From: Octopus sinensis
Lineage: Eukaryota
DNA: 12,372 nt
Direction of reading: 5' to 3'
Assembly: GCF_006345805.1 (NCBI RefSeq)
Contig: NW_021826599.1
Location: 1 to 12,372 of the forward strand
Shown here: positions 1 through 7,709 of the stretch, piece after piece
How the letters are laid out: each line of letters begins with the position of its first letter
Numbering within the stretch: position 1 is the stretch's first letter
Program-made: the position numbers and the translations under genes
Notes under the pieces: generated by a model
Told to the model about the DNA's origin: nothing
The model's input: the letters and a program-made list of their open reading frames with translations, nothing else
Database searches by the model: none

Positions 1-36
1 TTCTTTGTAAGCCTAGTACTTATTCTATAGGTCTCT
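1..36 (-). mobile_element. Fragment of SINE family B, cut by the window edge
   Basis: TTTGTAAGCCTAGTACTTATTCTATAGGTCTCT aligns to 9632-9664 (TTTTAAAGCCTGGTAATTATCCTAGAAGTCTCT), which lies inside the full-length family-B copy. Confidence 0.55.
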
Positions 37-385
37 AAGATTATCTCTCCTACAAGACCATTGTCTTGCCCCCTTACCTTTTCACCATCACCCTTAAACG
101 TTTACCTTTTTATTTTCCCTCTTCCCCTTACCATCCTTTTCTGCCATTACCTTGTCTATTGCTTTTCCTCCCCACATACTAATCTTCGCCTACCCAATTA
201 TACTGTCCGTAACGATATATCATTACATTCCACGATAGTACACCATTTTACTACATTACTTTGCCAGCACATTGCTCCATCCACCAGATGAACCAAAAGT
301 ACTTTACAGTCTGACGAAGGCTACTAAACCGAAACTTCGATATCATTGTCAACCTTTTCCTTGTAAACATTATGTAAATATACAA
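37..385 (+). mobile_element. Probable 3' end / pseudo-LTR remnant of a Penelope-like element
   Basis: A pyrimidine-rich stretch ends in a minimal hammerhead motif (CTGACGA...CCGAAAC, 311-335) followed by an AT-rich tail. This is the usual layout of PLE termini. No coding homology is visible, so the call is inferred. Confidence 0.45.
306..349 (+). ncRNA. Minimal type I hammerhead ribozyme motif, degenerate
   Basis: Core CTGACGA 311-317, extra A318, stem II GG(319-320)/CC(329-330), GAAA 331-334, TCGA-centred stem III 334-343, NUH triplet ATC 342-344, and stem I ACAGT(306-310)/ATTGT(345-349) with one G-U pair. Confidence 0.6.
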
Positions 386-442
386 GTGTGTGTGTGTGTG
401 AGCAACAAAACGCCATAAATTAGAAACTCCTAAACAAGTATT

Positions 443-836
443 GGATGGATGGATGGAAGCACTCCGTCGGTTACGACGACGAGGGTTCCGGTTGATCCGA
501 ATCAACGGAACAGCCTGCTCGTGAAATTAACGTGTAAGTGGCTGAGCACTCCACAGACACGTGTATCCTTAACGCAGTTCTCCGGGGATATTCAGCGTGA
601 CACAGGGAGTGACAGGCCGGCCCTTTGAAATACAGGTACAACAGAACAGGAAGTAGAGTGAGAGAAAGTTGTGGTGAAAGAGTACAGCAGGATCACCACC
701 ATCCCTGCCGGAGCCCCGTGGAGCTTTAGGTGTTTTTCGCTCAATAAACACCTGACAAACGCCCGTCTGGGAATCGAAACCGCGATCCTACGACCGCGAG
801 TCCGCTGCCCTAACCACTGGGCCATTGCGTCTCCAC
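443..836 (-). mobile_element. Full-length tRNA-derived SINE, family A
   Basis: The minus-strand head has an A box (TGGCCCAGTGG) and a B box (GGTTTCGATTCC), and the element ends in a (TCCA)n tail. Target-site duplication TAAACAAGTATT (431-442) / TAAACAAATATT (837-848), 11/12 identical. Homologous segments occur at 7046-7134 and 8776-9038. Confidence 0.88.
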
Positions 837-1102
837 TAAACAAATATTACTCTTACCGGAATTAGAATCCTGTGAAGGATAAAAATGCAACATGAATGCG
901 TAATAAAATATATGCAGCAAAACCGCTATAAACTAAGAAACCAAGAACGCTTAAACAAATTTCAAAGATTTATAGTCAACAAGTACGTCAAGTGTACACA
1001 TTCATCATCAGCTGGTTACCGGATATCGTTATTGTTTCGATACTTGCGCGGTACCATTCAACGCATTGTGGGATGCAAACACAAAGAAAATCTTGTACTT
1101 AC

Positions 1103-1255
1103 GTGCATTGCCTAAAGAGAAGCTGTCCGTGTCATCAATGTCCTCACTGACGGCGTTCAGCTTTATCTGTGTTGAGCTTTCCATTGTGTTAAAACGGCCA
1201 ACAGCAAAACGAAACGCCGTTTTTATCTTCTCCGATTCAATATCAAACACAGAGC
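1103..1255 (-). CDS. Internal coding exon of an ionotropic glutamate receptor (AMPA-like), start of the amino-terminal LIVBP-like domain
   Basis: Acceptor TTCCTTTA-type pyrimidine tract ending TTCATTCGCAG| (AG at 1257-1256); donor |GTAAGT at 1102-1097. The exon is 153 nt, phase 1 at both ends, and reads (G)[50 protein letters not shown]. This matches the G-x-[IVL]F...[ST]AF[RK][FY]A...D-[SA]-F pattern of iGluR ATDs. The subtype is not resolved, so no symbol is given. Confidence 0.88.
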
Positions 1256-1342
1256 CTGCGAATGAAGGTAAATAAAGAAAGAAGGTAAATGAATGGAACA
1301 TGAGTGTGCGTGCGTGTATGGGGTGGGGGAAGATGAGTGAAG

Positions 1343-1343
<1 letters not shown>

Positions 1344-1392
<49 letters not shown>

Positions 1393-1442
1393 GTAGGTAG
1401 GTAGGTAGGTAGAAGATAGATAGATAGATAGATAGATCAGAC

Positions 1443-1474
<32 letters not shown>

Positions 1475-1476
1475 GG

Positions 1477-1525
<49 letters not shown>
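1344..1525. repeat. Compound microsatellite (GATA)n/(GGTA)n/(GA)n
   Basis: Seen directly in the sequence. Confidence 0.97.
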
Positions 1526-1899
1526 TGTTTCTTTATTAGCCACACAGGGCTGCACACAGACGGGACAAATTACAAGGTAGAGCGTTTCTTTTGGGGAAGA
1601 AAAAAAGGGGGTCGGTTTTCGATCAAAAGGGATCGTAAAAAGGAAAGAAAAGGGAAAGAGAAAGAGGAAAGAAAGAAAAAGAAAAAGAAAAAGAAAAAGG
1701 AGGGTGAAAAATCGATCAATAGGGATCGTGTATCACAAAAATGTCACGATATAAAGTGCAAAGGGGGAAACAGATGAGGTTTATCCGTGGAAAGAAAAGC
1801 CTATGAAAAAGTCCACGGTAACCTCGGTCAAAAATGTCACATGTTAACACATTTATTTAACATGTGACATTATTGACCGAGGTTACCGTGGTCTTTTCC
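1526..1899 (-). mobile_element. 5'-truncated 3' tail of a non-LTR retroelement nested in (GATA)n
   Basis: The minus strand ends ...GTGTGCAGCCCTGTGTGGCTAATAAAGAAACAT and runs into (ATCT)n, with AATAAA near the end. It is flanked by (GATA)n on both sides, and its last ~45 nt are homologous to the SINE-C tail. Family not identified. Confidence 0.6.
1805..1899. repeat. Long inverted repeat (hairpin/cruciform)
   Basis: Arms 1813-1847 and 1857-1891 pair over 35 bp with 1 mismatch around a 9-nt loop. The stem extends to 1805-1847/1857-1899 (43 bp, 3 mismatches). Confidence 0.95.
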
Positions 1900-1907
1900 A
1901 GATAGAG

Positions 1908-2006
<99 letters not shown>
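1900..2006. repeat. (GATA)n microsatellite
   Basis: Seen directly in the sequence. Confidence 0.97.
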
Positions 2007-2941
2007 CGAGCAGATTTTTTCGACATCTTCTGTTTGCATAAAATGGAGTGAACAGTTTAAGAGATGGTACGCACCCAGAACAGTCCAATCCGTTTTCACC
2101 ACTGTTCCCTATCTTTGGAAAGACCAACAGCTACGCCAAGTCTAATATTACATCTGGCTAGACCCTAATTAATTTGTGAAATTTCTGTCTTTTATGAAGC
2201 TCCTTAAATATGATAAAACTCCAGAGATTTATTCTTATGATTCAAAAGAGTTATCAGTGAGTGATATTTGTTTGATGTTCTCCGAGCATGTCCACTCAGA
2301 ATTAATTATTTTGAACGTGAACTGCTATCGGCTGAGAAAGTCTGCTCGCCTGCAATTAGCGTTCATTATATTTACGTTTTATGGCAAATGAACACACAAG
2401 TGTAAACCTTAAGAGAAAAACAAGATAACTACACAAAACAAAAAAAAAAGCTTTTAGACAAAGATGCCAATTAACTAGGGTGGCGTTGCAGCACGTAAAA
2501 TTTTGTTATATTTGGAATTTCAGTCTGTGATAGAATTAAAATGCTGTGTTTTCAAAGAAGTCTTTGAAACGGTTCCGCTGAATAGTAAAGAGAGGTGGAC
2601 AACACAGAAATGCTAACACTAAGTTGATACAGCACAACCCATGCCATCGCCACCCCAACACTAAAACACATACCACTAAATACCACTGATCAAACAGCAG
2701 ATACAAAGCTCAAACAACTATCCAGCGAAACAACACAAACTCACGCTTAAAAGTATTCTGTAAAACAGACGAAATGATAACATGACAAGAATAAGACAGA
2801 CCCTCTCACAACAAAGCGAGTCTGATGCAGTATAGTAGCCATGTGACAAAGACACGGTTACACATATTCCCCAAAAGGCACAGTGACGTACAGCCAGCAG
2901 GAAATTGGTGCTAGAGTAGAAATTCGTATAAAGTTCTAGGG

Positions 2942-2993
<52 letters not shown>

Positions 2994-3010
2994 TATTAAT
3001 AATAATAATA

Positions 3011-3041
<31 letters not shown>

Positions 3042-3112
3042 CGATGATAATAATAATAATGATGATGATGATAATAATAATAATAATGATAATGATAATA
3101 ATAATAATAATG

Positions 3113-3149
<37 letters not shown>

Positions 3150-3230
3150 TGATGATGATGATGACGTATGATAATAATAATAATGATGATGATAATAATA
3201 ATAATAATAATGATAATAATAATAATAATA

Positions 3231-3262
<32 letters not shown>

Positions 3263-3269
3263 AATAATA

Positions 3270-3300
<31 letters not shown>

Positions 3301-3373
3301 AATAATAATAATGATAATAATAATAATAATAATATAATAATAATATAATAATAATAAAATAATAATAATAAAT
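2942..3373. repeat. Compound (AAT)n/(GAT)n microsatellite
   Basis: Seen directly; it is the source of the poly-I/M/N/D ORFs. Confidence 0.97.
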
Positions 3374-3927
3374 GCCCTGATGCAGTACCAGGCAGTGGCT
3401 CTCATGGCTTCTGATCTTAACTGATTGGAAGTGTTATCATGTAACATTGTTTTGTCTTGGTATAAAAGATGGGCTACAGCAAATATTCTGCTCAATACCA
3501 CAGATTTGCTTGTCAGTTGTTTGACCTTAACCAGTTGAGCATGTCCCTTAGTGGCTGACGATATGTGCATCTCTGATCCGAGCAGAAGTAGTGGGGAGCA
3601 TCATAGCCATGTGTTGAGAGGGATTCTTTGGGATTTGAATAGTTCACCTCTGGAAACATGGTGGTTCTTTCAACATCCTTAAACAACCCTTATTCAGGGA
3701 CCGTTTGAGCGGGATGGGCTACTCAACCTGAAGAAAATTCTAACTGGGCCCCACCTGCAAGGTCATGTGCTGTTTATCTTGATATGAGATCACCATGTCG
3801 CGCACATATGGTTGTGATGCATGTGCCTGGTGTACCTTTATCAGACGGGTATCATGATGGGTATATTGGGCTTCGTATATTTTAACCCCAGTGTCACTTT
3901 GATGACATGCACTGCTCTCTCACGCAC
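3374..3927. mobile_element. ~554-nt complex-sequence island embedded in (AAT)n, probably an interspersed repeat
   Basis: Has sharp boundaries with (AAT)n on both sides and no recognisable protein motif or Pol III boxes. Identity and orientation are not determined. Confidence 0.45.
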
Positions 3928-4177
3928 AATAATAATAATAATAATAATACATAATAATGATAATAATAATACTATGAATAATAATAATAATAATAATAAT
4001 GATAATAATAAAATAATGACAATAATAATAATAATAATAATGATAATAATAATAATGACAATAATAATAATAATGAAATAATAATAATATGACAATAATA
4101 ATAATAATAATGAGATGATGATGATGATGATAATAATAATATGATGATGATGATAATAATAATAAATAATAATAATG

Positions 4178-4213
<36 letters not shown>

Positions 4214-4273
4214 TAATATGATAATAAAATAATGAATAATAATGAATAATAATAATAAGAATAGATAATAATG

Positions 4274-4305
<32 letters not shown>

Positions 4306-4482
4306 ATAATAATAATGATAATGATAATAATAATATAATAATAATAATAATGATAATAATGATGAGATGATGACGATGATAATAATAATGATGATGATGA
4401 TAGTATAATAATAATAATGATAATAATAATAATAATAAATAATAATATAATATAATGATAATAAATAATAACAATTATAATA

Positions 4483-4517
<35 letters not shown>

Positions 4518-4558
4518 TAATATGATGATAATAATAATATAATAATAATAATAATAAT
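3928..4558. repeat. Degenerate (AAT)n/(GAT)n microsatellite
   Basis: Seen directly in the sequence. Confidence 0.97.
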
Positions 4559-4560
4559 AA

Positions 4561-4592
<32 letters not shown>

Positions 4593-4742
4593 AGAAAGAA
4601 GAAGAAGAAGAAGAAGAAGAAGAAGAAGAAGAAGAAGAAAAAGAAGAAGAAGAAGAAGAAGAAGAAGAAGAAGAAGAAGAAGAAGAAGAAAAAGAAGAAG
4701 AAGAAGAAGAAGAAGAAGAAGAAGAAGAAGAAGAAGAAGAAG
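4559..4742. repeat. (GAA)n polypurine tract of about 60 units
   Basis: Seen directly, with few interruptions. Confidence 0.97.
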
Positions 4743-4926
4743 AGAGTGCCATTGTTACCAAGTGACCGATATTTCGGCATCTATCGTGCCTTCCACAGCA
4801 TTTTGCCCGGCGTGGTCACGAAAAACCCACAAAAAACCACGGGTGCTTCACCGACAGGGAAAGAGCCCTTCTCCTTTAATTTCCCTTTTTTTTTTACAGC
4901 TGTATGGTCAGAATTGCTCCTTTCCC

Positions 4927-4988
<62 letters not shown>
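4927..4988. repeat. (AAT)n microsatellite abutting the R4/Dong fragment
   Basis: Seen directly in the sequence. Confidence 0.97.
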
Positions 4989-4989
<1 letters not shown>

Positions 4990-5445
4990 CTAATGAAATC
5001 AATGAAACCATTGGTCATGTTGTCTCGAAGTGCAGTCTTCTAGCGCCTACAGAGTATCTCAACAGGCATGATAGAGCTGCACAATATATTCCCTGGGTAA
5101 TTTGCAAAAACCTGGATTTGCCCCATGAAAAAAACTGGTGGGAACACAAACCACCTCCAGTGCTTGAAAATGACCACATCTCACTCCTCTGGAACTTCAC
5201 CATTCAAACTGACAGAAATATAGACACGAATAGGTCAGACATCATAGTAAAAGACTTCAGACAAAGAACATGCTTCCTCATTGAAAGAAGACGAGAAACA
5301 AAATACAACCCCTTAAAATTTAAAATTTCAAGAATTTGGAAAATGAAAACTGTAAAGGTTGTGTCCATAATAATTGGTGCATTGGGATCTGTAAATGGAA
5401 ATGTAGACAAATGGCTAAAGGAGATCGGAATAGAATCTCCTCTTA
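4989..5445 (+). pseudogene. Decayed C-terminal fragment of an R4/Dong-type non-LTR retrotransposon (end of zinc knuckle + restriction-like endonuclease)
   Basis: The frame is open from 4989 and reads ETIGHVVSKC...YLNRHDRAAQYI-W...LLWNFTIQTDRNIDTNRSDIIVKD...CFLIE...KYNPL...VVSIIIGALG. These are the ET-H-C, RHD, W-F-IQTD, NRPD (here NRSD) and IGALG motifs of RLE-clade elements. Sequence appears to be missing after LIE, and the 3' end is interrupted by a SINE. Confidence 0.85.
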
Positions 5446-6115
5446 GGAACAATAAACACACCAACATCGGTTGTCAAGCGATGTTGGGGGGACAAACACA
5501 GACACACAAACACACACATGCACATATATATATACGACAGGTTTCTTCCAGTTTCCGTCTACCAAATCCACTCACAAAACTTTGGTCGACCCGAGGCTAT
5601 AGCAGAAGACACTTTGCTCAAGGTGCCACGCAGTGGGACTGAACCCGGAACCATGTGGGTTTGTAAGCAAGCTACTTGCCTATTTCATTATTACCCACAA
5701 GGGGCTAAACACAGAGGGGGACAAACAAGGACAAACATAGGTATTAAGTCGATTACATCGACCCCAGTGCGTAACTGGTACTTAATTTATCGACTCCGAA
5801 AGGATGAAAGGCAAAGTCGACCTCAGCGGAATTTGAACTCAGAACGTAGCGGCAGACGAAATACCTATTTCTTTACTACCCACAAGGGGCTAAACACAGA
5901 GAGGACAAACAAGGACAGACAAACGGATTAAGCCGATTACATCGATCCCAGTACGTAACTGGTCCTTAATTTATCGACCCCGAAAGGATGAAAGGCAAAG
6001 TCGACCTCGGCGGAATTTGAACTCACAACGTAACGACAGACGAAATACGGCTACGCATTTCGCCCGGCGTGCTAACGTTTCTGCCAGCTCGCCGCCTTAC
6101 CACACAGCCACTCCT
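5446..6115 (-). mobile_element. SINE family B (3'-truncated), split by a SINE-C dimer at ~5679-6098
   Basis: The head AGGAGTGGCTGTGTGGTAAG (6115-6096) rejoins TAGCTTGC...GGTTCAGTCCC (B box) at ~5677. Collinear with the copy at 9540-10099. Confidence 0.85.
5679..6098 (-). mobile_element. SINE family C head-to-tail dimer (full unit 6098-5865 + headless unit 5864-5679)
   Basis: tRNA-like head AAGGCGGCGAGCTGGCAGAAACG with B box GAGTTCAAATTCC, a core GTCGACTTTGCCTTTCATCCTTTCGGGGTCGATAAA (resembling Nin/Deu-type SINE cores), and a tail ending TAAAGAAATAG. The two units are collinear. Confidence 0.9.
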
Positions 6116-6303
6116 ATATGCACGTGTGTTTGTTTACACGAACACATAAGCGAGTTTGTGCTGGAGCACGTGTGCATATATGTGTATATAGAAATAAATG
6201 AAGGCGTAAGCAAGGCAGACAGATCAATATATATGTTTTATACATTGGTTCGTTTAACTTGCTTATCCCTACACATTTACCTCTACACCCGCTCGAGTTT
6301 GTG

Positions 6304-6342
<39 letters not shown>

Positions 6343-6374
6343 TAAGTGAAGAATGGAGTGGCGGGTATTACAAC

Positions 6375-6445
6375 GCGGCGAGCTGGCAGAAACGTTAGCA
6401 CGCCGGGCGAAATGCTTAGCGGTATTTCGTCTGCCGTTACGTTCT
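6375..6445 (+). mobile_element. SINE-C head fragment
   Basis: 67 of 71 nt identical to the reverse complement of 6598-6668. Confidence 0.9.
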
Positions 6446-6671
6446 TTACTACCTACAAGGGGCTAAACACAGAAAGGACAAACAAAGACAGACAAACGGA
6501 TTAAGTCGATTATATCGACCCCAGTACGTAACTGGTACTTATTTAATCGACCCCGAGAGGATGAAAGGCAAAGTCGACCTCGGCGGAATTTGAACTCAGA
6601 ACGTAACGGCAGACGAAATTCGGCTACGCATTTCGCCCGGCGTGCTAACGTTTCTGCCAGCTAGCCGCCTT
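6442..6671 (-). mobile_element. Full-length SINE-C monomer
   Basis: Collinear with 5865-6098. Confidence 0.9.
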
Positions 6672-6839
6672 ATGCACACTATATAATAGGCTGTGCGGTC
6701 ATGTAATCATAACCGGACGAACGAATTCAATGCAAAAACAAATTGGTCGTTTCCCTTAAATACGAAAAAATTCACATAACAGAAGGAATTCCTGGATTCA
6801 AGTAGAAGGGACAAATGTAGAATCTCAGCAAAATATTAA

Positions 6840-7039
6840 TATTCTTTCCTACTCTAGGCACAAGGTCCGAAAGTTTTGGGGAGGCGGGCAGTCGATTAGA
6901 TCGATCCCCAGGACGCAACTAGTACTTATTTTAACGATCCCCGAAAGGATGAAAGGCAAAGTTGAACTCGCTGGAAATTGAACTCAGAACACGAAGACAG
7001 ACGAAATGCTGCTGAGCATTTCGCCCGGCGTGCTAACGC
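6840..7039 (-). mobile_element. Older SINE-C copy with the alternative tail (T2)
   Basis: Same head and core, diverged. The tail CTCCCCAAAACTTTCGGACCTTGTGCCTAGAGTAGGAAAG matches 9445-9489. Confidence 0.8.
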
Positions 7040-7045
7040 GGATTA

Positions 7046-7134
7046 CTCAGCCATTTACAAGTTAATTTGACGAGCAGGCTATTCCGTTGATCGGATCAAC
7101 TGGAACACTCGTCGTCGTAAGTGACGGAGTGCCA
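7046..7134 (+). mobile_element. SINE family A 3' fragment
   Basis: CGAGCAGGCTATTCCGTTGATCGGATCAACTGGAACACTCGTCGTCGTAAGTGACGGAGTGC matches the reverse complement of ~459-545. Confidence 0.85.
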
Positions 7135-7139
7135 CTTCA

Positions 7140-7630
7140 TATATGTATATATGTGTGTATACATACCGACATATATATATATATGTATTCACATGTATAC
7201 TTACTCAAACACACGTATATATGCGTGTTTGCATACAGATACAAACCTATATATATATATGTGGGGGAATGTATGTATGTATGTATGTATGTATGTATGT
7301 ATGTATGTGTGTATGTATGTATGTATTGTGTGTGTATGTATGTATGTATGTATGTATGTTTGTATGGGTGTCTCCTTGGATGCATAGATATATGTATGTG
7401 TGCATACATTCATATATGTATGCATGTATGTATGAATGTATGAATGCATATATGTATGTATGTATGTATATATGTATGTATGAATGTATGCATGTGTGCA
7501 TGTATGTATCTATGTATGTATGAATGTATAAACGTATGTATATAAGTATGTATGTATGTATGTATGTATGTATGTATTATGTGTGTATGTATGTATGTAT
7601 ATGCGTGCGTGCGTGTATATGTGTGTGCGC
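7140..7630. repeat. (TA)n/(TATG)n low-complexity tract
   Basis: Seen directly in the sequence. Confidence 0.95.
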
Positions 7631-7709
7631 GCGTGTGCATAAAACCCCCTTGCAGAAAATATTTTGGGGGATGCAACAGAAGAATAGGAGTTTTTAGAGG
7701 GTGGGAGAA

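Noticed and set aside
760-836. tRNA genes at the SINE heads (also ~6030-6098, 9093-9180, 10030-10099)
   Set aside because: A and B boxes are present but there is no complete cloverleaf, and each continues into a SINE body.
1029-1301. The full 90-aa ORF as a standalone protein
   Set aside because: Only 1103-1255 is bounded by splice sites and iGluR-like; the flanks are translated intron.
2718-2780. MLSFRLFYRILLSVSLCCFAG, and MCNRVFVTWLLYCIRLALL near 2846-2800, as the signal-peptide exon 1
   Set aside because: Both run into in-frame stops and neither offers a phase-1 G|GT donor that would restore the conserved Gly of the next exon.
3540-3615. Partial HDV-like ribozyme fold on the minus strand (CUAUGAU/AUCAGAG, UCCC/GGGA, CUAA)
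   Set aside because: P3, L3 and P1.1 cannot be formed properly in this copy; only worth retesting on a family consensus.
4798-4820. 23-nt match (20/23) to the SINE-C head
   Set aside because: Too short and isolated to annotate; at most an old fragment.
5446-5642. C-terminal part of the 174-aa ORF
   Set aside because: It is read-through into SINE-B sequence, not part of the LINE protein.
7644-7677. CCCCC/GGGGG and TTGCA/TGCAA crossing repeats around an AAAATATTTT palindrome
   Set aside because: The stems are short and low-complexity and compatible with chance.
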